In this document: in pieces, positions 19,587 through 28,030 of the stretch
Layout of the letters: every line of letters begins with the position of its first letter
How positions within the stretch are numbered: the stretch's first letter is position 1
Assembly (NCBI GenBank): GCA_965371515.1
Contig: CBDUYR010000006.1
Coordinates: 4,475-68,474 of the forward strand
Source: an uncultured bacterium
Lineage (GTDB): Bacteria; Krumholzibacteriota; Krumholzibacteriia; Krumholzibacteriales; Krumholzibacteriaceae
Direction of reading: 5' to 3'
Length of the DNA: 64,000 nucleotides
Notes under the pieces: model-generated
Seen by the model: the letters and a program-made list of their open reading frames with translations, nothing else
Databases searched by the model: none
Told to the model about the DNA's origin: nothing
Made by a program: the position numbers and the translations under genes

Positions 19587-20002
19587 GATTCCTTTTCACT
19601 CCTGTAGAGCACGAGGGCCTCACCGTCCAGCTTTACCTCATCGTTCACCCTTGAGATAATAAGCGTACGGATCGTGTACTTCCCCGACCCTGTTACATCG
19701 AGCACTTCGAACTGAGCAAGCAGCTTCTCGCCGGGAAATACCGGCGCCCTGAAGCTGAGCGACTGGCTCAGATAGATCGTGCCCTCGCCGGGGAACTCGG
19801 TGCCGAGGACCTTTGATATCACGCTCCCCGTCAGGAAACCGTGCACGATAGTGTCCGCAAACCCGAGCCCCGTCGCGTACTTCTTGTCGAGATGTATCGG
19901 GTTCGTGTCGCCCGAGAGCTCAGCGAACTGCTTGACCTGCTCGAAAGAGAAGGAAAATTCCTTCGAGTATTTATCGCCCTTTTCAATCTTCATCAGTATC
20001 AC
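19583..20002 (-). CDS. MaoC-family (PhaJ-like) enoyl-CoA hydratase
   Basis: FAELSGDTNPIHLD, IVHG, FPGEGTIYLSQSLSFRAPV; start may be ATG 19993. Confidence 0.9.
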   Translation of the reverse strand: MILMKIEKGDKYSKEFSFSFEQVKQFAELSGDTNPIHLDKKYATGLGFADTIVHGFLTGSVISKVLGTEFPGEGTIYLSQSLSFRAPVFPGEKLLAQFEVLDVTGSGKYTIRTLIISRVNDEVKLDGEALVLYRSEKES

Positions 20003-20092
20003 TCCATTTATCGGGATACGGTCCGAAATACCGACTTTGAAGGATAACGGGGCCGGCCAGGCACTTCAAGTTTAAAGCACCCCTCTTCCACA

Positions 20093-20122
20093 TTGACAGG
20101 GCTTACCCGATAAATGTATTGT
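20093..20122 (+). promoter_or_regulatory. Possible sigma70 promoter
   Basis: TTGACA-18-TATTGT upstream of the OmpW-like gene. Confidence 0.35.
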
Positions 20123-20173
20123 CTGACATACAATTGGGGGACAAATAACCATAAAAGAGGGAAGGAGCCCGGC

Positions 20174-20887
20174 ATGAAGCAGATGGGATCGAGGACCGCA
20201 GCCGTCATCCTCATAATGACGGCCCTCTCGGCTTCACTCGCCTCCGTTCTTCCCGCCCAGACGCCCGAGCCCGAAAAAACCCACTGGGGGATATTGCGGG
20301 TGCAGGGAGTGATGACCCTGCCGGTGGGCAACGACCACGCCGAGATCTGGAACAACTGCGGAGGCAGCTGGTTCGAATTCCTCGACTTCTCCGCGTCGAT
20401 CAACGTCAATACCTCTGGAGGGGTCCTCGGAAGCTTCGAATATGTACTGAAGCGGAAATACGGGATCGAACTCGCGTTCAACTGGTGGCGACAAATCATC
20501 GACATCAAGTTCGAGACAGACGACATCACCATAGAAGGAGCGCCCAACTTCATCCTGCCGACCCTCGGATTCAACTACCATTTCCTGACCGACTCGAAGG
20601 CGGACCTCTACCTAGGCGCCTTCGCCACCCTGGGCGTGTTGGCCACGGGCATGGGAACGAATGTAGATGTCAGCAAGGATTTCGCGCTGGGACTGAATTT
20701 CGGTATCGACTACTACGTCTCCAGATCGTGGAGCATCGGCGGAACCGTCAAGTATCTCGACTTCGGGCAGATGGACTTCTCCCTCCTGCCCCCGGGAATC
20801 GACGGCATCGTATGCGACAACGGATTGTTCGGCATCGGAGACATGAACACGATCTCCCTCACATGCGGGGCCGGTTACAGGTTCTGA
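20174..20887 (+). CDS. OmpW-like outer-membrane beta-barrel
   Basis: AAGGAG RBS, signal peptide, alternating beta pattern, terminal GAGYRF. Confidence 0.75.
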   Translation: MKQMGSRTAAVILIMTALSASLASVLPAQTPEPEKTHWGILRVQGVMTLPVGNDHAEIWNNCGGSWFEFLDFSASINVNTSGGVLGSFEYVLKRKYGIELAFNWWRQIIDIKFETDDITIEGAPNFILPTLGFNYHFLTDSKADLYLGAFATLGVLATGMGTNVDVSKDFALGLNFGIDYYVSRSWSIGGTVKYLDFGQMDFSLLPPGIDGIVCDNGLFGIGDMNTISLTCGAGYRF

Positions 20888-20904
20888 GAGAAAAGGAGCA
20901 GGTT

Positions 20905-21579
20905 TTGAAATACCAGCACCTGATTATCATGATAGTTCTGCTGACAGTGGTATCCACCTCCCCGGCATACGCCGGGAAGACGACCATCGGCGTAAAGGCG
21001 GGATTCAATGTGTCTAATGTCTACGGGGCTCCCGAGTACTGGGATGAAGCCACCGAGGGGAAGGCGGGATTCACGGGGGGAGCATTCCTCAACTATGCCT
21101 TCAACGACAACTTCAGTCTCCAGCCCGAGCTCCTCTTCACACAGAAGGGATTCGGGGGCACACTGTTCGATGATATCGAATTCTTCGAAATCGACATGCA
21201 GGTGAGCCTCGACTATTTCGAGCTGCCTGTGCTTGCAAAATACGCCTTTTCCGCCGACAAAAAATTCAGGCCGACGCTGTTCGCCGGACCGAGCTTCGCC
21301 TACTGTTTCGGTTCCGAACTGGCTGTCTCGTGGTGGTTGTTCTCGGGGAATGTCGACTTCTCGTCAGTAACTCACGTGACCGATTTCGGCGTCGTCCTCG
21401 GCGGTGGGTTCGACTACGTCCTGAGCAGAGGAACCGTCGTGTTCGACGGGAGATTTACTTACGGATTCACCAACGTGATCGTGAGCGGTGATTTCGAGAT
21501 CAACGGCGACACCGAGACGATCGAAGAGGACGACTTCAAGAACTACGGCCTCTCCTTCACGCTCGGATACGTCTTCTAG
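20905..21579 (+). CDS. PorT-like outer-membrane beta-barrel
   Basis: TTG start after AAGGAG; GVKAGFN, SLQPELLFTQKG, LDYFELPVLAKY, terminal GYVF. Confidence 0.8.
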   Translation: MKYQHLIIMIVLLTVVSTSPAYAGKTTIGVKAGFNVSNVYGAPEYWDEATEGKAGFTGGAFLNYAFNDNFSLQPELLFTQKGFGGTLFDDIEFFEIDMQVSLDYFELPVLAKYAFSADKKFRPTLFAGPSFAYCFGSELAVSWWLFSGNVDFSSVTHVTDFGVVLGGGFDYVLSRGTVVFDGRFTYGFTNVIVSGDFEINGDTETIEEDDFKNYGLSFTLGYVF

Positions 21580-21587
21580 GAAGGCTG

Positions 21588-21992
21588 CTATTCCTCTTTC
21601 ATCTTTATCCCGATCACGAGCTTCTCGAGGCCTATCTTCTTCGCGATATCCATCACCCTGATGACTGTGCCGTGCTGCACCGACTTGTCGGCATTGAGCA
21701 CGAGCGTCCTGTCCTCGATATCGGAAAGGGCGGCGAGCATCGTTTCCTCGAGATCGTCGAGTGCGACGGGCATACCGTTGAATACGACTTCGTTGTCCGA
21801 GCTGATATAGAGAACCAGCTTCTCCACCCTCGCCACCTCGGCGCTCTCGGCCGACGGGAGTTCGAGCTTCATGCCCGGCTGATCGAGGAAGGTCGAGGTG
21901 ACCATGAAAAAGATAAGCAGCAGGAACATAACGTCGATGAGCGACGTGACGTTTATCATGACCCGGCGCTTCTTCTTCGGGTTAAACTCCAC
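21588..21992 (-). CDS. exbD: Biopolymer transport protein ExbD/TolR
   Basis: INVTSLIDVMFLLLIFFMV, ADKSVQHGTVIRVMD. Confidence 0.9.
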   Translation of the reverse strand: MEFNPKKKRRVMINVTSLIDVMFLLLIFFMVTSTFLDQPGMKLELPSAESAEVARVEKLVLYISSDNEVVFNGMPVALDDLEETMLAALSDIEDRTLVLNADKSVQHGTVIRVMDIAKKIGLEKLVIGIKMKEE

Positions 21993-22626
21993 TGCCCGTC
22001 TCCTCCCGGCACTCGGTCATGACCCGGATACTGTGCAGAAGCGAGGCCGAATACTTCTCGATGTCCATGACGATACCCTCAGCCTTGCTCGTGAAAAAAT
22101 TGTAGGCGATGAACGCGGGTATGCCTATAACCAGGCCTGTCACTGTCGTGATCAGCGCCTCGGATATCCCGCCGGAGAGGACGTTCGCCTGCCCCAGACC
22201 CTGCTGGGAGATCACGTTGAAAACCTTGATCATTCCGAGGACCGTACCCATCAGACCAAGAAGGGGAGCGACGCCGGCAACCGTCTCCAGCCCTACGAGC
22301 CCTCTCTCGAGAGTCCTTACCTCCTGCCTCCCCTGGTCGATAATGAATTCCTTCAGCTCTTCCCTGTTCAGATCCTGGTTCCGGAGTGCGGGAAGCATAA
22401 CGTTTGCGAACGTCCCCGGGTAGGTCTCGCAGATGCTTTCGGCGACCCTGATGTCCTCTGGGCACTTGATTCTTTCGACCGCCGTGACGATCTCGGGAAT
22501 AATTATCTTCTTCGCTCTGAGATTGAACGCCCTCTCGATCACGATCGCGAGTGTGAATATCGAACCGATAAGCAGGGGTATCATCACAATACCCCCCTTT
22601 TGCAGTTCAGAAATAATTTCCGTCAT
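21982..22626 (-). CDS. exbB: MotA/TolQ/ExbB proton channel
   Basis: APLLGLMGTVLGMIKVF, GISEALITTVTGL. Confidence 0.9.
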   Translation of the reverse strand: MTEIISELQKGGIVMIPLLIGSIFTLAIVIERAFNLRAKKIIIPEIVTAVERIKCPEDIRVAESICETYPGTFANVMLPALRNQDLNREELKEFIIDQGRQEVRTLERGLVGLETVAGVAPLLGLMGTVLGMIKVFNVISQQGLGQANVLSGGISEALITTVTGLVIGIPAFIAYNFFTSKAEGIVMDIEKYSASLLHSIRVMTECREETGSGV

Positions 22627-22647
22627 ACGGCCTCTCTCCTCCCTGGA

Positions 22648-23538
22648 TCATCGTCTTGTGTAGTAGAAAAATGTCCATCTCAACTCAAGGTACTCTTCGG
22701 GGAAATTATCAGGCAGCGGGCGGAAAGGCGAAGACTTTTCCACTGCCGTCACACTTGTCTCCATCAGCGTCTTGTGTCCGTTATAATCGATGACGTCGAG
22801 TCCGGTCATCGTCCCGTCCGGCCACACCCTGAAAATCAGCGTAGTCTCCCCCCTGATACCTCCCATGTATGTGAATATCGCAGGCGGAAAGATGTTCGAT
22901 TTGAGTTTCCTCTTCATGTGGAAGATGTAGGAGGCGTAATCCCATTCGTACGTGTTGAGCGATATGCTTCCCTTGGCATCGGCTCCGGTCAATCTCTGCT
23001 CGTAGTCGAGATCGTCGGTGAACCGCCGCTGCGGTGAAGGCGGACCGACCTGTAACTGCCTCATGGAGGATTCTCCGTCTCTCACGTCCTGAACCCTGCG
23101 TCGATCCGAATTGAAATACGAGCCCGCCCAATCGAGTATAGGGTTCCATGGCTCCGATTCAGCGTCATCCTGCTGCTGATTCCGCTGATCCTCGGCCTGA
23201 GCCTGTTGGACCCCGCCGGCATCGGGATCGCCGGCGAATACCCGGTGCGGGACTTCACCATCGCTGTAAGCTTCTCCCAGTTCCAGGTCACCCTCATGTT
23301 CGTCCCTAGCGAGAGCATTCTTGTCCGAGAGCAGGTGCGCATTCTCCGGCTCCTGCCGAATGGCGTCGTCCGGGGTCTCCACCAGCTCGAAGATGAGCGG
23401 GGTTGAGGCCGCGGGTTCAGACTCGCTCTTGTCTGGGAAAAGGTCTATCCGGGACAGGGGACGATAAACGATCAGGATGATCAGATGAACGAGCACCGAT
23501 ACGGCAATGGCGATTCGTTGTGACCGGTATTTAAACAG
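22648..23538 (-). CDS. TonB/TolA-like energy transducer
   Basis: N-terminal TM with SxxxH (SVLVH), C-terminal SPFRPLPDNFP; start uncertain (CTG 23538 or GTG 23496). Confidence 0.7.
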   Translation of the reverse strand: MFKYRSQRIAIAVSVLVHLIILIVYRPLSRIDLFPDKSESEPAASTPLIFELVETPDDAIRQEPENAHLLSDKNALARDEHEGDLELGEAYSDGEVPHRVFAGDPDAGGVQQAQAEDQRNQQQDDAESEPWNPILDWAGSYFNSDRRRVQDVRDGESSMRQLQVGPPSPQRRFTDDLDYEQRLTGADAKGSISLNTYEWDYASYIFHMKRKLKSNIFPPAIFTYMGGIRGETTLIFRVWPDGTMTGLDVIDYNGHKTLMETSVTAVEKSSPFRPLPDNFPEEYLELRWTFFYYTRR

Positions 23539-23619
23539 ATCGATAACCTCTTGAAAATGCTATGCCTGTAACAATCCATAATATAGATATATCGTCGCAG
23601 TATAACACTATTAAGTTAC

Positions 23620-23851
23620 AACCGTTCTCGATGTTCCAGTTTTTTCGCCTGTCGCCGGCGGAAGAGACGGAACGCCTTTACTTTCAACATACTGCCGGCT
23701 CAAGGCGACATACGTCTGGCAACTCCAGGTCCTCTCCGCCCCGAACCGTTCCATATGTTCAAAAAAGTGTTCCACCTGTTCCAAAGTGTCCCATCGTTCG
23801 TGAGACAATAATCTAAAAGACTTACAGCGAAAGTGTTCAAAAATGTGTTCT
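23620..23851 (+). repeat. Cluster of short YGTTC direct repeats
   Basis: GTTC-like units at 23624, 23633, 23748, 23757, 23769, 23778, 23788 (GTCC), 23796, 23835, 23847; near-identical TGTTCAAAAAWGTGTTCY at 23756 and 23834. Confidence 0.6.
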
Positions 23852-24017
23852 ACGCGATACAACTGCGATACACAAAGATTCGCTTCTGGAACAGTCTGAT
23901 TTCAGAAAATTACTATCGGGAATCAAAAATCGAATCTCCTGTATTCATTAATTCAGAAGGGATTACAAATGCGCCATGAAAATATCAAATGTCAGGGATA
24001 AGTCCAGTTCATGTGAA

Positions 24018-24033
24018 TGGAATCGATAGTGCA
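24018..24033 (+). promoter_or_regulatory. Possible sigma54 promoter
   Basis: TGGAATCgataGTGCA, GG-N10-GC, about 140 nt before the lipoprotein gene. Confidence 0.4.
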
Positions 24034-24172
24034 ATATAAAACGATTTAGATCCTGCACTGATCCGAAGAGCTGCAACGTCAGGGGATATTTCAATGAAAG
24101 GAGGGTGGCTTTCTAACAGGCGCTTGCAGCATTAGAATCTGGGAACGCTTACATTTCAACAGATAAAGGAGA

Positions 24173-25039
24173 ATGATGATGTTCCATAGAAAGCATATCA
24201 AGAAAGCGCTACTGTTTTTAATCATTGTTGCATTCTTCAATCTCGTTTCATGTACTGAACAGGGTATTGTGAATACAGACAAAAAGGAGGTTGCTTCAAA
24301 TGAAACGATAGATATTGAAAACGACATCGAAATATCAGTTGATCCAGAAATGGCAGGAATATTACATAATGAGATTCTATCAGAATTCAATAATAGGCAT
24401 ACTATACTGAGTGGTCCACTTGATGAAGATACTTTCATAAGATATTATCAGGAATCAGTAAATACAGTTTTTAAAAGAAATGGGATTCGGATTATCGTTT
24501 CTAAAGATGAAATTCGATCTGATTTATTAATGCTGCGCGAATTTACTGAAAGTGGTGTTTTTAACTTCTTCTCACCTCCACGAGAAACAAATATAGAACC
24601 ACTCATTTCACATGGAATAGTTACGGGTAAATTGACACAAGCTGAATCTGAATATATCAGAAAACTATTTAATTCTTTAAAAAATGGCGTTCTTTTTTCA
24701 AAAGATAATGCACAGGATCAATTATTCAGTTCAGAATTTGAATCAATCGAGGATATAGACAAAGATATGTTGATTTCTATAGAATGTATTGCTCAGAGCA
24801 CCTCTGAATTCTGGAGTGACTTTCTGATCCATTCACTGCCGGATGGAGAAATATATATCCTGTATAAGGATGATGAGTACGTATGGCGTAAAACGTGCGA
24901 CATATGTGGTGGAATAATGGGGATATGGGCAGGAGGGCCTGGCGGCGCCATTATATTGGGAGGATTAGCTTCAATAGCTTTTCATGTAGTATATAATGAT
25001 GGACAAGGCTGGTGGGATACAGTTACAGGTTGGTTTTAA
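24173..25039 (+). CDS. AT-rich lipoprotein with Gly-rich hydrophobic C-terminus
   Basis: AAGGAG RBS, lipobox LVSC, tail CDICGGIMGIWAGGPGGAIILGGLASIAF...WWDTVTGWF. Confidence 0.75.
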   Translation: MMMFHRKHIKKALLFLIIVAFFNLVSCTEQGIVNTDKKEVASNETIDIENDIEISVDPEMAGILHNEILSEFNNRHTILSGPLDEDTFIRYYQESVNTVFKRNGIRIIVSKDEIRSDLLMLREFTESGVFNFFSPPRETNIEPLISHGIVTGKLTQAESEYIRKLFNSLKNGVLFSKDNAQDQLFSSEFESIEDIDKDMLISIECIAQSTSEFWSDFLIHSLPDGEIYILYKDDEYVWRKTCDICGGIMGIWAGGPGGAIILGGLASIAFHVVYNDGQGWWDTVTGWF

Positions 25040-25056
25040 AAGGTATTGTCTTGATT

Positions 25057-25091
25057 GTGGGAAGAAATTAAAAAGGTTTTCTTCCCACTTT
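25057..25091 (+). terminator. Hairpin/weak terminator
   Basis: GTGGGAAGAAA ... TTTCTTCCCAC followed by TTT. Confidence 0.55.
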
Positions 25092-25118
25092 CGGGACACA
25101 ACTAAAAAGGAGTAGCTG

Positions 25119-25373
25119 ATGCTTAGTGATTATAAAGAAATAATAGGAATCATACTAGTACACGTAGTTATTTATGCTATTTATAGAATTATATCATGGA
25201 AATTCATCAAGCTGAGTTCAAAAGGTGTATTTGGCCTGTATTTAATACTCATGCCTGCATTCATGTTGAACATAAGGTCAAGCTCAGGAGCATCAGAGAT
25301 TTATTCTGCGGCTATTACAGTTGTTGGAGTATTTATTTATTCTGCCTATGCAGGGAAAAAATCTTCAGGTTGA
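25119..25373 (+). CDS. 84-aa membrane protein with about 3 TM helices
   Basis: AAGGAG RBS; hydrophobic segments separated by basic residues; AT-rich. Confidence 0.7.
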   Translation: MLSDYKEIIGIILVHVVIYAIYRIISWKFIKLSSKGVFGLYLILMPAFMLNIRSSSGASEIYSAAITVVGVFIYSAYAGKKSSG

Positions 25374-25458
25374 CTTTAGTTGCAACACACTGCCGCCTCG
25401 GGGCGACATACATCTGTAAACGCCAGGGGATCTCCTGACTAGAAGATACCGATACTCA

Positions 25459-25624
25459 GGCCGGCGGAGCGAGGCTCTCGAGAACTTCGAGCTCTGTTTC
25501 AGTGATTATCCCGATTACCACTACGCCCTCTACCAGGTCGGAAAGACAAATCTTATCGGAGAAGTCGATCTCGCCCGGGCACAGGGAAGCGAAGAAGCTC
25601 TACAAGAAACTCAAGCGAAAGTAA
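25459..25624 (+). pseudogene. Remnant of a TPR-like gene 3' end
   Basis: EALENFELCFSDYPDYHYALYQVGKT...DLARA, then a frame change to REAKKLYKKLKRK-stop; no start codon; host-like GC. Confidence 0.45.
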
Positions 25625-25634
25625 TCGCTGAGGC

Positions 25635-26237
25635 CTATTTCTCGACCGATCTCCTGATCGCCCGCAGCTCTTCGAGCATCGACGTCATCACGTCACGCTG
25701 AGGTGATTCTCGAACAGTATCATTCTCGGCCGTCGTCGGCGACATCGCGCCTCTGAATGCGCGGAGTTTCTTCACGACATCGTCGTAGATCCCATTTACG
25801 TCTTCGAGCCCGACGAGGCTCTGCTCTGCGCCGGTTGTGCCGCTCATACCCGCAGTCTGGATGTTGAGCGTGCCTATGTCGAACATGAACCTGTCGAGGA
25901 TCCCCCTCTTGATCGAGATGTTTGTGACGGTCCTGTAAGGCACGTGCTTAACCGACTTGGTGACTATACCGACGCGCAGGATCACCTCGTCATCCTGGAT
26001 CTCGTAGCTGAGACTCCTGTAATAGAATACAGACAGAATTGCGGCTATGATCCAGAAAAGGCCAGCGATCAGCGCCGTGTATATCGTAATCTCGATCGTA
26101 ACGTGGGCTCCCTCGTCGATCCCGACGAGCAGACCGAAAAGGTACCCCACAAGCACCGTCAGCAGGGCTATGATCGTGTAGGTAACCCACAGCTTTCTCA
26201 GATAACTTTTACCCGGCTTGATATGCAATGTCTGCAT
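25635..26237 (-). CDS. Membrane protein with bacterial PH (bPH_2) domain
   Basis: 2 TM then YEIQDDEVILRVGIV..KHVPY..GTLNIQTAG; GGAGG RBS before ATG 26237. Confidence 0.8.
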   Translation of the reverse strand: MQTLHIKPGKSYLRKLWVTYTIIALLTVLVGYLFGLLVGIDEGAHVTIEITIYTALIAGLFWIIAAILSVFYYRSLSYEIQDDEVILRVGIVTKSVKHVPYRTVTNISIKRGILDRFMFDIGTLNIQTAGMSGTTGAEQSLVGLEDVNGIYDDVVKKLRAFRGAMSPTTAENDTVRESPQRDVMTSMLEELRAIRRSVEK

Positions 26238-26389
26238 GACGACCTCCCCTATGTTCTTCACTCTGATCGTGATTCTCGCAGTTAATACATTCGATTGCAC
26301 GGATTTATTCGAAATACATTTTGATTGACTGGTATCACATCAGGCGCAATAATCGTTTTGAATTTCAGCTTTTACAGGAGGTCGTTCGT

Positions 26390-26962
26390 ATGCGCAGATT
26401 CTTACTGGTCTTTTTTGCTCTTGTACTGCTTTCAGGCGTCGCCTTTGCCCAGCAGCCCGACAGTACCGCTTATGAGGCCCCGGAGACACCACCGCCCGCG
26501 AAATCCAGCTCCGGACCCAGTAAGATCTATTACGGAGGCACCCTCGGCTTCAGCTTCGGCGACTACACGCGCTTCAGCATCGCGCCTCTGGTCGGATACA
26601 GGCTCGCGAAGAGGTGGTCGGTCGGAGGCAAAGCAGTGTATGAGTATATCAAGGACAAGCGGTATGCAGAGGACATAACCTCGCACAACTACGGGGGCAG
26701 CCTCTTCGCGCGCTTCCGCCCCCATCCCCGTTTCTACCTGCACGGCGAATACGCCTACATGAGCTACGAGTGGCAGACAGCGAATCTGACCTCAGAACGA
26801 AATTGGGTCCCCTTCCTCCTTCTCGGAGGAGGGTACGTACAGCCGATATCACCCCGCGCCTCCCTCTTCGTCGAGGTGCTGTTCGACGTGCTGAATGATG
26901 ACGGTTCCCCATACGAGGAATGGAATCCCTGGATCAGCATAGGCGTCGCGGCCGGATTCTAA
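26390..26962 (+). CDS. Small outer-membrane beta-barrel
   Basis: AGGAGG RBS, signal peptide AFA, beta pattern, terminal F. Confidence 0.7.
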   Translation: MRRFLLVFFALVLLSGVAFAQQPDSTAYEAPETPPPAKSSSGPSKIYYGGTLGFSFGDYTRFSIAPLVGYRLAKRWSVGGKAVYEYIKDKRYAEDITSHNYGGSLFARFRPHPRFYLHGEYAYMSYEWQTANLTSERNWVPFLLLGGGYVQPISPRASLFVEVLFDVLNDDGSPYEEWNPWISIGVAAGF

Positions 26963-26977
26963 CGAATGGAGATTGAT

Positions 26978-28012
26978 ATGAAGTCATCGTCGAGATGGAT
27001 CGTGTTCCTGATTATCCTGATTCTTACAGCTGCCATCCTGCTGCCGGGATGCTCCCAGTTCAAGAGCTCCAAGCGGATGGACCTGACCCCTTTCGCCGAA
27101 AACATGATAGCCATGGCCGGAGATATCCAATACGGCCTCGCACAGAAAGAGGTCATATATCTGCGCAACTACATGGACATTCCGGAAGTCAACAACCTCA
27201 ATATCTATCTGGATAAGATGAGGACCGTGATGCGGGGCTCAATCGCCTATTCAATAGAAATCGTCACGCTTTCGAACTCTACCCTGTCAGGACCGGAGCA
27301 ATGTATTGCACTGGCCGATTATCTCGACAGCCTGCTGCGGCCTGTGCTCGAGGCTCCAGTTCCCCCCCTGCATATCACGATCGCCCAGCTTGATACGATC
27401 CTTTACAACGCGCGCCAGCAGACAAATATTCTCGACGCTCTGGGCACAACGCAGCCGATCGTCAACGAGATCGCGCGAACAACGAGCGAGATCATCGATG
27501 ATTCAAACCTTGCCGTAGATACCGCGGCCGATGCGATCAGGGAAGTATTACTCGGAAATAACAAGATGCTGCTGAAAGGCATCAGGACAATGCGCGAATT
27601 TCAGCTGAACACCGTGATAAGCATTGAGTATATCGCCAGATATCGCAGGGGCGAAAAGGCGGCGTTAGATACGCTTCTTGCCATGCAGCCATCGCTGAAA
27701 GAGATCATAAGCTCAACAACCAGGCCCACGTCCAAGGACATGCTCGCAATCGAGGACCGGCTCCTCTATCTGCTTAAAAACATGCACGACGTCAGGACAC
27801 AGATGATGCCGGACCTCGAGTTATACTGGAAGCAGCAGCGTGAACTAGACGAGCTGAACAAGATGTACAAGGGTGCTCTCCGCAAGGCGAATGTGACGAT
27901 GATCGCCTGGTCGAGGGCTCATCAGAGGCTCGCTGCCGGTATCACCGATCCGGCGAAGATCGACGTGCTTGGGCTGGCAAGGAAGGCAGCGGGAGCAGCG
28001 TCACCGCTGTAG
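26978..28012 (+). CDS. Hypothetical helical lipoprotein
   Basis: Lipobox LPGC; long amphipathic helices. Confidence 0.65.
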   Translation: MKSSSRWIVFLIILILTAAILLPGCSQFKSSKRMDLTPFAENMIAMAGDIQYGLAQKEVIYLRNYMDIPEVNNLNIYLDKMRTVMRGSIAYSIEIVTLSNSTLSGPEQCIALADYLDSLLRPVLEAPVPPLHITIAQLDTILYNARQQTNILDALGTTQPIVNEIARTTSEIIDDSNLAVDTAADAIREVLLGNNKMLLKGIRTMREFQLNTVISIEYIARYRRGEKAALDTLLAMQPSLKEIISSTTRPTSKDMLAIEDRLLYLLKNMHDVRTQMMPDLELYWKQQRELDELNKMYKGALRKANVTMIAWSRAHQRLAAGITDPAKIDVLGLARKAAGAASPL

Positions 28013-28030
28013 GCATCCGCTGGGACCGGA

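Noticed and set aside
20485-20904. N-terminal extensions given in the ORF track (also 8776, 26321, 44886, 52720, 55978, 56370, 61728)
   Set aside because: They overlap neighbouring genes or promoters; downstream starts fit RBS, signal peptide or domain boundaries better
23611-23862. 83-aa ORF with VEHIFEH/VEHFFEH repeats
   Set aside because: More simply the reverse-strand reading of the GTTC DNA repeats; no convincing RBS
23620-23900. CRISPR array or alphaproteobacterial LexA box (GTTC-N7-GTTC)
   Set aside because: Units are too short and irregular for CRISPR, no cas genes are present, and spacing is 8-12 bp but never the required 11
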